This document shows positions 30,287-39,765 of a DNA stretch of 64,000 nucleotides, one piece after another. This stretch comes from an uncultured Gemmatimonadales bacterium. Lineage in GTDB: Bacteria > Gemmatimonadota > Gemmatimonadetes > Longimicrobiales > RSA9. The stretch lies in the NCBI GenBank assembly GCA_963708135.1, contig OY970192.1, positions 1,792,001-1,856,000 of the forward strand, written 5' to 3'. The translations under genes were made by a program, and so were the position numbers. The first letter of the stretch is position 1, and each line of letters opens with the position of its first letter. The notes under the pieces are model-generated. The model searched no databases. It worked only from the letters and a program-made list of their open reading frames with translations, and was not told the DNA's origin.

Positions 30287-31920
30287 GAGCGTGTCCGAGT
30301 AAGCACGCGCGCGCGTGTGCGCACGCGGGGATGTACACGCCGCCTTCGGTGATGTAGTTTGGCGGCAGCCCTTTTCGAGGAGTCTGCCGCGTGGCGAAAA
30401 CGTTTCGTCCGTACGATCCGGATCAGCTTCTGGTGCTGCCACCCTCGCTTCGGGAGTGGCTGCCGCCCGAGCACCTGGTCTACTTCGTGAGCGACCTGGT
30501 GGACACCCTGGATCTCTCGCGGATCTACGACAGCTACGACGAGGAGCGGGGCTATCCGCCCTACCACCCGCTGCTGATGACGAAGCTCATCCTCTATGGG
30601 CAGGTGGTGGGCGTGCGCAGCTCGCGGAAGATGCAGCGGGCGTGCCTGGAAGACGTGGCGTTCCGGGTCGTGTGCGCCGGGGCGAGCCCGGACTTCCGTA
30701 CGGTCGCGGATTTCCGCAAGCGGCACCTCAAGGCGCTGGCGGACCTGTTCACGCAGGTGCTCCAGCTGTGCAAAGCGGCGGGGCTGGTCAAGCTGGGGCA
30801 CGTGGCGATCGACGGCACGAAGGTCAAGGGGAACGCGAGCAAGCACAAGGCGATGAGCTACTCGCGCATGGTGGAGGAGGAGAAGCGGCTGAGGGCTGAG
30901 GTGAACCGTCTGTTGGCGCAAGCCGCGGCGGAGGACGCGGAAGAGGACCGGCGCTACGGCAAGGACTCGGCCGGCGAGGAGCTTCCGGAAGAGCTGCGGC
31001 GCCGTGAGAGCCGGCTGAAGAAGATCCAGGAAGCGAAGGCGGCGCTGGAAGCCCAGGTCCGGGGCCAGGCCAAGGCGGCGGGCATGGAGAAGCCCGAGGA
31101 GGCGAAGCCGGAGGGCAAGGCGCAGCGCAACTTCACCGATCCGGAGAGCCGGATTATGCTGAACAGCGAGAAGACCTTCGTGCAGGGCTATAACGCCCAA
31201 CTCGCCGTGGACGCCGAGCACCAGATCGTCGTGGCCGAGGACGTGGTGCAGCAGAGCAACGATAAGAACTTGCTGGTGCCGATGGTGGAAGCCGTTTGTG
31301 ATACTGTAGGCGAGACGCCGGAGGCGGTGAGCGCGGACGCGGGCTACTGGACGGAGGCGGACATCGAGCGGCTCGAGTGGTACGAGATCGACGTCTACGT
31401 GGCGCCGGAGAAGGTGCGTCACCGCGAGTGGCGTGAGGGGCCGCGGAGCGAGGGGCCGCCGCCGGCGGACGCGAGCACGAAGGAGCGCATGCGGCACAAG
31501 CTGCGGACCGCCGAAGGCCGCGCGCAGTACGACCGCCGCAAGGTCACCGTCGAGCCGGTGTGCGGGCAGATGAAGGATGTGATCGGACTGAGGCACTTCC
31601 TCCTGCGCGGTCACGAGAACGTGCGCGGTGAATGGCGCCTCGGCTGCACCGCACACAACCTGCTCAAGCTCTTCCGGGCGTGCCGTGCGGGGGTGACCTC
31701 CATCGACGAGGTGCTCGCCGCGGCGAAAGCGGGGCTCCATGTGGTAGTGGCCCCCGCCTGAGCGCCCCGATCGGGCGTAATGCGCCCGGTACAGAGCCGG
31801 AGAGGCGCCGAACACGGGGCGTGGGACCCGGGCGCACATCGATTGGGGCCGTCCCGGTCCCCGCCTACCCCGGCCGCGACCGGCCCAGCGATGGTTCGCG
31901 GCCATTACGGAGACGGGCTC
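30287..31920 (+). mobile_element. IS1182-family element
   Basis: Imperfect inverted ends gagcgtgtccgagtaa / gagcccgtctccgtaa; CTAG TSD. Confidence 0.9.
30391..31761 (+). CDS. IS1182-family transposase
   Basis: PDFRTVADFRKRH, AIDGTK, GYNAQ, ADAGY and VEPV.GQMK motifs. Confidence 0.92.
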   Translation: MAKTFRPYDPDQLLVLPPSLREWLPPEHLVYFVSDLVDTLDLSRIYDSYDEERGYPPYHPLLMTKLILYGQVVGVRSSRKMQRACLEDVAFRVVCAGASPDFRTVADFRKRHLKALADLFTQVLQLCKAAGLVKLGHVAIDGTKVKGNASKHKAMSYSRMVEEEKRLRAEVNRLLAQAAAEDAEEDRRYGKDSAGEELPEELRRRESRLKKIQEAKAALEAQVRGQAKAAGMEKPEEAKPEGKAQRNFTDPESRIMLNSEKTFVQGYNAQLAVDAEHQIVVAEDVVQQSNDKNLLVPMVEAVCDTVGETPEAVSADAGYWTEADIERLEWYEIDVYVAPEKVRHREWREGPRSEGPPPADASTKERMRHKLRTAEGRAQYDRRKVTVEPVCGQMKDVIGLRHFLLRGHENVRGEWRLGCTAHNLLKLFRACRAGVTSIDEVLAAAKAGLHVVVAPA

Positions 31921-32688
31921 CTAGAATGGGTATCCAATAACGAGGTCCGCCCGGCAGTCGTTAATTTGAGCGTGAACGTGCGACCGGATACATCTTTGAC
32001 TCGATTATCTGGTCGGCGGCAATATCACCGTCGTGGGCGCCGCAGGAAACAACAAGGGAGCGGACGCCTGTAATTGGTTCCCGGGATCGGAGCCAAGCGT
32101 GATCACTGTCGGATTCACGAACTCGAGCGATGTCGTCGATTCGAATTCGAATCAGGGAAGTTGCGTGGATCTCTTCGCCCCGGGAGCAGACATCGTCTCG
32201 GCGTGGGATACCGGAGACAACGCCACGCATACGCTGAGTGGCAGCTCACAGGCCGCCCCTCTGGTTGCCGGCGCCGCAGCCCTCTACTTGCAGGACCATC
32301 TCAGTGCGACGCCGTCGGAAGTAAAGAATGACCTGGTGGGCACGGCTACCAGCGGGCGGCTATCGGGAATCACCCTCCCCGGGACCCCGAATCTACTCCT
32401 GTACGCGCTACGGCCATCGCCGCTCTCGGTCTCGGTCACGGGACCAACCTACATCTCCGCGAAGGGCACCTATACCTTCACCGTGAGCTATTCGGGCTAC
32501 GTGTCGCCCACGATTGACTGGACGGAAAAGCCGTGCTATGCGGCCGGAGACGGCTTCTGCACGTGGCACGATCTCGGCGGCGGGACGACCCAGTGTCAAG
32601 GCCGGTTGAGAAGTTGACAGGTCCAACGGTTTAGAATTGGACACTTCCGTCGGTCTTGGCGCTAACGCGGCATGGGGGATCTCCTCTC

Positions 32689-33459
32689 TCAGTGGGTGGT
32701 GGTGAGGCCGGCGCCGCGGCGGTTGCGGAGACGATAGCTCTCGCCGCGGATGTTGATGGTGGTGGCGTGGTGCAGCAGCCGGTCCAGGAGCGCGGTGGCG
32801 AGGACCGGATCCGGAAAGATCTCGTCCCACTGCCCGTAGCTCTTGTTGCTGGTGAGGAGGATCGACTTGTTGGCCTCGTAGCGGCGGCTTACGGCCTCGA
32901 AGAGGAAGGTGGCGTCCTCGCTCTCGAGCGGGAGGTATCCCACCTCGTCGAGCAGGAAGAGATCGGCGCGGATGATGACGCGCAGGAGGATGTCGAGGCG
33001 GTTCTTCTCGCGCGCCACGCGGGAGCGGGTCACCAGCTCGTGGAGGCTGAGGAAGTAGGCGCGGTGCCCGCGCTCGATCGCCCGGATCGCGAGGGCCACG
33101 GCCAGGTGGCTCTTGCCGACCCCGCAGGGCCCGAGGAACACGACGTTCTCGCCCTGATGGAGAAAGCGCAGCGTGGCGAGCTCCCGGATGACCTCCTTCG
33201 GCACGGAGGGCTGGGCGTCGAAGTCGAAGCTCTCCAGGGTCTTGGGTGCCGGAATGCCGCTGAGCTTCAGGTTGGTGCTGACGCGGCGCTCGAAGCGGGT
33301 GGCGAGCTCGCGGCCGAGCAGCTCATCGAGCACTTCAACCGGGAGCTGCTCCTGCTTCTGCCCCTGCTCGAGGACGCTGTCCAGGGAGGCAAGCGCGGAC
33401 TCGAGCTTCAGGCGCCCGAGCTGGTCCCGCACCCGCTCATAGCTCACGGCCGCACTCAC
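32689..33459 (-). CDS. istB: IS21 helper ATPase
   Basis: GPCGVGKSH, LLDEVGY and LLDRLLHH motifs. Confidence 0.95.
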   Translation of the reverse strand: MSAAVSYERVRDQLGRLKLESALASLDSVLEQGQKQEQLPVEVLDELLGRELATRFERRVSTNLKLSGIPAPKTLESFDFDAQPSVPKEVIRELATLRFLHQGENVVFLGPCGVGKSHLAVALAIRAIERGHRAYFLSLHELVTRSRVAREKNRLDILLRVIIRADLFLLDEVGYLPLESEDATFLFEAVSRRYEANKSILLTSNKSYGQWDEIFPDPVLATALLDRLLHHATTINIRGESYRLRNRRGAGLTTTH

Positions 33460-34772
33460 GCCGCACCGTCCCCGAGGAGGCGCTCATACGCCGAGAGCGG
33501 CTGCACCTGGACCTGCGGAGCCGAGCGCTGGATCCGCTCCAGCAAGAGAATGCCTCCGCCTTGGCCCACCTGTACGTAGCTTGGCTGATGGCCTCGGCGG
33601 CGAGCGGCCGCTTCGGCGCTGCCGCGCGTGAGGCGTCGGATCTGCGCCGCGTGTTCGGGCAGGGTCACGCGGGGCGAGCCGCTGGGCCTTCTCCGATGGC
33701 ACGCGACCAGGTGCGCACCGAAGTAGACCGAGAAGGCGTCTCCCACCGCGCCCCCTTCCGAGCGGACCACCACCGTGCCACCCACCGCGATGGGATCCAC
33801 GCTGTAGCGCACCCCGCCGTAGCTGATGTGGCTGTCGGAGGGGACCGTACGGAGCTCCACCGGGCGCACGTCGTAGGCCGGCACGGCTGCGAGTGGCCGC
33901 AGGTGCGCGAGCTCGAGCGCATGGCGGTCGATCGGCCGCTGCCCGGTGGTGCCGTGGATCCGCACGTTGGCCACCGTGTCCAGCCAGACCGCAAGCTGCC
34001 GGTTCAGGTCCTCGAGGTCGGTGAAGGTGCGGCCCTCCAGGAACGAGGTCTTGAGGTAGCCCACGCCCCGCTCGACCTTCCCCTTCACCCGTGGCCAGTA
34101 CGGTGGGCTCGCCACCGGAAGGAAGCCGTGGTGCTCGGCGAAATCCAGGAAGCCCTTGTTCCAGCGCACCGTGCCGGTGGTGACGTCGTGCTGCTCGACC
34201 GCCTGCTTCATGTTGTTGACCAGGATCTCCTTCGGGATGCCGAGCGCATCGAAGGCACGAACGAGACAGGCCAGCAGCACCGGCAGCTTCGAGCTGGTCG
34301 TGAAGCGCGCGTACATCATCCGGCTGTAGCCCAGCACCATGACGAAGACGTAGAGCGTCCGGCGCTCGCCGCCCACCTCGATGCTGCCGCACTCCCCCCA
34401 GTCGATCTGGGCCTGCTGCCCCGGCAGCGTCTCGAAGCGCTCCGTCACCCGCCGCACGAACTCCTGCTTCAGCGGGCGCACGAACTCCCGCAGCAGCGTC
34501 AGTCCGCCACGATAGCCCTGCGCCCGGATCTCCTGGACGAGCACCGTGGCCGGCAGATCGAAGCACTCCAGCCGCGCCCGGATGTGCTCCTTGAACGGCT
34601 CCAGCTTCGAGACCCGTTTCGATCGCGGTTTCGGAAACGGCTCTCCCTCCTTTCGCTTCAGGTGGTTGTAGACGGTCTGGCGGCTGACGCCCAGCCGCTC
34701 GGCAATCCGACTCTTCTGCATGCCCTCGCGGGCCAGGAACTTGATCTGCATGGACCTCTCCCGTAGGATCAC
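33456..34772 (-). CDS. istA: IS21 transposase
   Basis: N-terminal HTH, FETLPGQQAQIDWG and KGKVER. The second catalytic Asp appears as Asn (LVNNMK). Confidence 0.92.
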   Translation of the reverse strand: MILRERSMQIKFLAREGMQKSRIAERLGVSRQTVYNHLKRKEGEPFPKPRSKRVSKLEPFKEHIRARLECFDLPATVLVQEIRAQGYRGGLTLLREFVRPLKQEFVRRVTERFETLPGQQAQIDWGECGSIEVGGERRTLYVFVMVLGYSRMMYARFTTSSKLPVLLACLVRAFDALGIPKEILVNNMKQAVEQHDVTTGTVRWNKGFLDFAEHHGFLPVASPPYWPRVKGKVERGVGYLKTSFLEGRTFTDLEDLNRQLAVWLDTVANVRIHGTTGQRPIDRHALELAHLRPLAAVPAYDVRPVELRTVPSDSHISYGGVRYSVDPIAVGGTVVVRSEGGAVGDAFSVYFGAHLVACHRRRPSGSPRVTLPEHAAQIRRLTRGSAEAAARRRGHQPSYVQVGQGGGILLLERIQRSAPQVQVQPLSAYERLLGDGAA

Positions 34773-35124
34773 TGGCGGAGCCCTCCGGTGCTCGGGAACG
34801 TCTTTAAGCTGACGCCCCGATTCTACGCACTGCGAGGGCTTCGTTCATCTCCCTGTCAACGTGGCCTCCCGCGCCTGCGGCGCTTCGGCCCTCGACTTCA
34901 CCTCCTCGACGGGAGTGTCCATTTTCAAACCGTCGCTCCTGTCCAGTTTACAACCGGTGGTGAGACCAGAACCGGGTCCTCGCCCCTGATTGCACGGTTG
35001 GATACGACCTCTACGAGATCCGCGCCACCGTAACCGATTCAGACGGGCTGTATGCCAGCGACACCCACGATGTGCATCTCTGCAACGCCCCCGCCCCGGT
35101 GCCCAGTTCGCCGGGAGAGGACTG

Positions 35125-35826
35125 ATGGGCGTCGCCTTGCAGTTCCTGGCCGCTCCCGCTCCGGCGAACCGCGGACGAACCGGGAAACCACGGCACCGGC
35201 GCTTTCTCGCCGCCTGTTCGGTCCTCATGTTTGCACTGCTCGCCGGGGCGGCGTGCGACCACTCACCGACTCGCCCTGCCGAGGAGCCGGACCTGAAGCC
35301 GGGGAAGCTCATCTACCAGTGGTGTCCCATCGACCAGACGGACTTCTGGCCATACGGCAAGCCGGCGGCGCCGACGGTCATCGTGGATGCGTTGCCAAGC
35401 CCGGTCCTCGAGTCTGGCCCGAATGCCGCACCATATTACCCTCTATCAGCCGAGCAGGAGGCCCGGATCACGGCACACGGTGCACGGATCCTGTACCGGT
35501 TCAACGCCAATATGGTACGTATCGAGGTCCCCACGGATTCGTTGCCGGTCATGGTGAAGGGTCCGCCCGACAGACCAGGCATTCTCGACGGCGTGCTTTC
35601 CGTCCCCGACACGCTGCACCACGACTATGTTTCCGAGCTCGTGTTCGACCACACCGTCACCAGCACCGACTCGTTACTCGTCTTGCGTCTGGGCGGTTGG
35701 CCGAAAAAGCGCGAGCCGGACTATCCAGTGCTCGACGCGATCATTCCCGACTCGATCGTGCCGGAGCTACGGAATCACGGCCTGATCCACTCCCTCGTGG
35801 ACTTCACAGGTTGCGGCGCAGTCTGA
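35125..35826 (+). CDS. Hypothetical lipoprotein, copy 2
   Basis: Identical to copy 1 in the 5' two-thirds, diverged in the 3' third. Confidence 0.75.
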   Translation: MGVALQFLAAPAPANRGRTGKPRHRRFLAACSVLMFALLAGAACDHSPTRPAEEPDLKPGKLIYQWCPIDQTDFWPYGKPAAPTVIVDALPSPVLESGPNAAPYYPLSAEQEARITAHGARILYRFNANMVRIEVPTDSLPVMVKGPPDRPGILDGVLSVPDTLHHDYVSELVFDHTVTSTDSLLVLRLGGWPKKREPDYPVLDAIIPDSIVPELRNHGLIHSLVDFTGCGAV

Positions 35827-35920
35827 CCGGCTTTAATAGCCAGGAGGCGCTCGACGTGCACGACGAGGGCCAGCGCGCACACACGAAGCGGAACGAATCC
35901 GAATCCAGGCGCACAGCGCC

Positions 35921-35985
35921 GGATTCCGCGGCCTGCGGCCGCTGGATTCGGATTCCGCGGCCTGGCGGCCGCTGGATTCGGATTC
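35921..35985. repeat. Tandem repeat, about 30 bp x2
   Basis: ggattccgcggcctg(g)cggccgctggattc occurs twice. Confidence 0.8.
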
Positions 35986-36053
35986 GAGGAGGCGGGGACG
36001 GGCTGCTGCGAGGATGTTCTCCCGGCCCGGCCTCGCCGTTCCGCAGTCGAGCT

Positions 36054-36137
36054 GCCGCCGTTCAAGCGCCGCCGTTCAAGCGCCGCCGTTCAAGCGCCGC
36101 CGTTCAGGTGCCGCCGTTCAGGTGCCGCCGTTCAGGT
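36054..36137. repeat. Tandem repeat, 14 bp x6
   Basis: gccgccgttcaagc x3, then gccgccgttcaggt x3. Confidence 0.95.
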
Positions 36138-36171
36138 GCCGCAGTCAGCCGTTCCCGCCGTCCCCCCCCCG

Positions 36172-36368
36172 TCAATGCAGCCATGCCCTCAGTGCGTACG
36201 CCGCGCCGAACCCGAGGTAGTTCCCCACCGCGTAGCCGAGCAGCCCCACGATGATCCCCGGCAGCACGAGCGCCGGCCAGTCCCGCGCGACGGCGACGGC
36301 CAGCGCGCTCGAGGGCCCGCCGACCGCCGCCTGCAATGCGACCGACAGGCTGCCGAGGTCCAGCTTCG
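36172..36368 (-). pseudogene. DUF819-like membrane protein, C-terminal fragment
   Basis: QAAVGGPSSA...WPALVLPGIIVGLLGYAVGNYLG, then a stop codon. Confidence 0.7.
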
Positions 36369-36377
36369 CTAAGCGCC

Positions 36378-36482
36378 GCGCCCGCGGCCGGGTCTACACG
36401 GTCGGCCACTCGAGCCACGACGTCCTCGAGTTCGTCGGGCTGCTGCGCTCCCACGGCATCGAGGAGGTGGCCGACGTGCGCG
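36378..36482 (+). pseudogene. DUF488-like N-terminal fragment
   Basis: VYTVGHSSHDVLEFVGLLRSHGIEEVADVR, cut by ISCR copy 2. Confidence 0.7.
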
Positions 36483-36582
36483 TGTGGGCTTGGGTGTGGG
36501 CCGCCAGGTCCGGCGCTGACGGCCGGCGCGTTGTCCCGCTCCGCCATGGTGGTGCCCCGGGTCTCGTCGAACCCTCCGGGGC

Positions 36583-38163
36583 ATGCCCACCGTCGCACGC
36601 CGCCGATCCGTTTGGGTCCCGCCGCAGGCGCAGGCGCACCGCCCAGGGCACTCCGCAACGCCACCCGCCCAGGCCGCCGTTTACCGCCGACGACGGCCCA
36701 CGGCCACGCCCCTCTACCCCATCGTCCAGCACCACATCGAGGGCTTCCTGGCCCGGGCCGCCGAAGCCGATCCCTGGGGCGAGGGCGTGGCCGGCTGGGT
36801 CGAGGCCGACTTCCGGGCCTACCTCCGCTGCGGCATCCTGGCCCACGGCTTCGCCCGCGTCCGCTGTGACGACTGCGCCGCCGAGCGCCTCGTCGCCTTC
36901 TCCTGCAAGGGCCGCGGCGTCTGCCCCTCCTGCAACGCCCGCCGGATGGTCGAGGTCGCCGCGCACCTGAACAACGCCGTCCTGCCGCCGCTCCCGATCC
37001 GCCAATGGGTCCTCTCCGTCCCGAAGCGGATCCGCCCCTTCTTCCACCACGATCCCGCCCTTGCCGGCGCCGTGCTCCGGATCCTGCTCCGGGCCGTCCG
37101 CACCCGCCTGCGTCACGGCAGTCCCGGTGCCGGCCCGGACGCGCAGATCGGCGCCGTCTCCTTCCTCCACCGCTTCGGCTCCGCCCTCAATCCCCACTTC
37201 CACTTCCACGTCGTGGTTCTCGATGGCGTCTTCACCGGGACCGTGGACGGCGAGGTCCGCTTCGATGAGGCGACCCACTTTTCCGCCGACGACGCCTCCG
37301 CCCTCACGCCCATCCTCCAGCGCCGCATCCTGCGCCTCTTCCAACGCCGCGGCCTCCTCGAGGAGCACACGGTGAACGACATGCTCACCTGGCAGGGCAC
37401 CGGCGGCTTCAGCCTCGACGCCTCCGTCCGCATCCACGGCGCCGACCGGGCCGGCCGCGAGCGCCTCCTCCGCTACTGCGCCCGGCCGCCGTTTGCCCTC
37501 GATCGCCTGCGGATCGAGCGTCAGTCCGGAGGGCGGGCCGACGACGACGCGGGGGTCCGCCGCGTGTTCTACCGACCCTCCCGGCCCACCTCCGACGGAC
37601 GCGCTCTCCTCGCCCTCTCACCCCTCCAGTTTCTGGAAGCACTTTCCCAGCTGATCCCGCCGCCCCGGGTTCACCGCCACCGCTACCACGGCGTTCTCGC
37701 CCCCAACGCACGGCTCCGGCCCCGGGTCGTCGCCCTCGAACGCGACGCAGAGGCCCACGCGGACGAAGCCCACGGCGAGGGGCCCGGGGTCCACACCCAC
37801 AACGAGCCCGCTACCACCCTCACCGGCGCCGCCGCCCGCTCCCGCTGGGCCCAGCTCCTCGCCCGCATCTACGAGGTCTTCCCCCTCCGCTGCCCCGAGT
37901 GCGGCTCGCAGATGCGCATCCTCGCTTTCCTCACCGACCCCGCGCCCGTGGGCGCCATCCTCCGACATCTCGACCTGCCCCACACCACACCGCCGCTCTC
38001 CCCCGCACGCGCTCCACCCCAAGCCGCACTCGCGCTCGACGCCGAGCCCCTCGCACCCGCCGATGCCCTGCCCCGCGACGACTTCGACCAGACGCCCGCG
38101 TTCGATCCGGCTGACCCCGAGCCCCTACCCGAGCTCGACCTCGACCAGACCCGCGGCGCCTGA
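36583..38163 (+). CDS. ISCR-type HUH transposase
   Basis: Same motifs as copy 1. Confidence 0.92.
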   Translation: MPTVARRRSVWVPPQAQAHRPGHSATPPAQAAVYRRRRPTATPLYPIVQHHIEGFLARAAEADPWGEGVAGWVEADFRAYLRCGILAHGFARVRCDDCAAERLVAFSCKGRGVCPSCNARRMVEVAAHLNNAVLPPLPIRQWVLSVPKRIRPFFHHDPALAGAVLRILLRAVRTRLRHGSPGAGPDAQIGAVSFLHRFGSALNPHFHFHVVVLDGVFTGTVDGEVRFDEATHFSADDASALTPILQRRILRLFQRRGLLEEHTVNDMLTWQGTGGFSLDASVRIHGADRAGRERLLRYCARPPFALDRLRIERQSGGRADDDAGVRRVFYRPSRPTSDGRALLALSPLQFLEALSQLIPPPRVHRHRYHGVLAPNARLRPRVVALERDAEAHADEAHGEGPGVHTHNEPATTLTGAAARSRWAQLLARIYEVFPLRCPECGSQMRILAFLTDPAPVGAILRHLDLPHTTPPLSPARAPPQAALALDAEPLAPADALPRDDFDQTPAFDPADPEPLPELDLDQTRGA

Positions 38164-38274
38164 ACGGCCAGGTGCGCCCGGCAACCGCTACAGGCGCCAG
38201 GTCACACCCACATCCGATGCCGAATCGACCGGAACCTCCACCCAATCCCGCTCGCCCGCCCATCACCCCCACCC

Positions 38275-38304
38275 TTGACCCGGCGAAACCACCCCGCCTA
38301 TCCT
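38275..38304 (+). promoter_or_regulatory. Putative outward-facing sigma70 promoter in oriIS (also at 40963, 45981 and 57638; variants at 24691 and 18220)
   Basis: TTGACC-N18-TATCCT; the TTGAC is kept in three diverged oriIS variants. Confidence 0.55.
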
Positions 38305-38344
38305 ACCGAAAGCAGCCGAAACGGCGTTTGGATTTCCTATCCCT

Positions 38345-39141
38345 TCGATCTCGAGCAGCGCGAGGGTCGCGTCCACCGGTACAAGGGCCACGCGGTGCGC
38401 AAGAACGTCGCACGGCGGTGGGGCCTGAGCACGCTGCGGCAACGCCTGGACGGCCAGGAGGACCCTTGGGGCGTGCTCTTCGGCGTTGCGGCAGAGCACC
38501 GGGCGGAAGGCGTCGACGATCTCGTCCCGTACTGGATTTACGACGTGCCCGGCGGAGCGAAGATCGAGCGGCGCGTGCCGATGTTTCCGTTCAGCCGCGA
38601 GACCGGGCAGCTCGTGCGGCTGCAGCGGGAGCTTGCCCTTTATCGGTTGGTATTCGGTCAGCCGCGGCAGGAGGATCTGCTCAAGTTCCTGACGGCGGAG
38701 GCGGCGGAGAGGTTGAGGGAGGCGCGGATCGATCTCGAGCCCCCGAGGCTGGTAGACGAGGATTGGGAGGCATGTGCCGACGTTGGAGCTGGAATTCGAT
38801 CAGCATTTCAGATCTACTTTGCGCATTGGGGCCTGCGTCTTCCGCCCAGAGTCCAGGCGGGGGTTCGCGGCACGCTTAAGGAAGCTGGGTGGCAGGTGAA
38901 GTTCTTGGCAGGTGAGGACGACGGCGGGCTCTACCTCGATTGCTACGCTCGCCACCGCATGACGAATGACAGGCACTTCAGAATTCGGCCAAGCGGTCAG
39001 CTTGAAGATCTGCCTGCTTTAAGAGACATGATTCTCTACCCGGCAGAGAGCAAAGAAGAGGAGCAGGAGGAGATTGCGCGCCAACATCGAGAGTGGAACG
39101 AGAATGTGTGGGAGATGCTCAGTCGCAAAGGATTCGCCTAA
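38345..39141 (+). pseudogene. 5'-truncated SF2 helicase C-terminus with an extra C-terminal domain
   Basis: Helicase motif VI-like DLEQREGRVHRYKGHAVR begins right at the oriIS junction; YRLVFGQPRQEDL follows. Confidence 0.75.
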
Positions 39142-39157
39142 GCCTTGGGCTGTTACC

Positions 39158-39685
39158 ATGGGAACGCTGCTACCGAGTATGGTGCCGATACGTCACTGGG
39201 TCGCCCAGGCGGCCTGCCTGATTTTTCTATTCGCTTGCGGGCAGGCTGCCGATGATTCGAGTCCTCCCGATGAGGCGGAACTCTATCGCCATCCTGATAC
39301 CCTACTCGCCGATCCCGACGCACAGTCGCAAACCGGAACCGAGCTTGCGCAAGCCGTCACAATCCGCGTTTCCGTTTTCGACTGGACTGAGAAGAAGCCG
39401 ATTCGGGGACAGACGGAGGTTTGGCTGCGGGGTGTTGGGTCATGGTACCCGGCGATGGCGTCGGGTGGTGATATTCGTGAGTACCCTGGGCGAGTAGTGG
39501 GTGCGATCGACACGCTGATATTCTACCCCATAGGTCGTGAGAGCCCGGAGCTCAAGGTGCCGGTGCCGATTACATCAACGCTCTGTCCCGCCGGCTGTGA
39601 CCGTGACGTAGTTCGTCTGGAGATCTGGGACGATCACTACGAAGCGTGGGGTCCGAACGGCATCGCCATGACGTTCCGACGTTGA
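39158..39685 (+). CDS. Hypothetical lipoprotein, lower GC, cassette-like
   Basis: Lipobox-like LFAC; ATG directly after gttacc. Confidence 0.6.
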   Translation: MGTLLPSMVPIRHWVAQAACLIFLFACGQAADDSSPPDEAELYRHPDTLLADPDAQSQTGTELAQAVTIRVSVFDWTEKKPIRGQTEVWLRGVGSWYPAMASGGDIREYPGRVVGAIDTLIFYPIGRESPELKVPVPITSTLCPAGCDRDVVRLEIWDDHYEAWGPNGIAMTFRR

Positions 39686-39765
39686 ACGACACTTGAAGGG
39701 CGATCAGGGGATCACCGTCTGGAACCCCGCTGACGCCGAGGACCCGCTATACGCCCACGTCCTGC

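Larger units (their letters stand above)
32594..34965 (-). mobile_element. IS21-family element A
   Basis: istAB pair; ends tgtcaaggccggttg / tctcaccaccggttg (one terminal TG altered); 4-bp TSD ccag. Confidence 0.9.
29537..35125 (+). pseudogene. Second S8 peptidase copy, frameshifted and split by IS1182 and IS21
   Basis: Removing both IS elements restores GLEWV and GTTQNRV; long stretches are identical to copy 1. Confidence 0.9.
36492..38344 (+). mobile_element. ISCR element, copy 2
   Basis: Near-identical to the other copies; oriIS ends at 38344. Confidence 0.92.

Noticed and set aside
26894..35826. Diversity-generating retroelement explaining the variable blocks
   Set aside because: No reverse transcriptase is present, and the differences include indels and are not evidently adenine-specific.
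36054..36137. Possible CRISPR array
   Set aside because: Units are contiguous 14-mers without spacers, and no cas genes are present.
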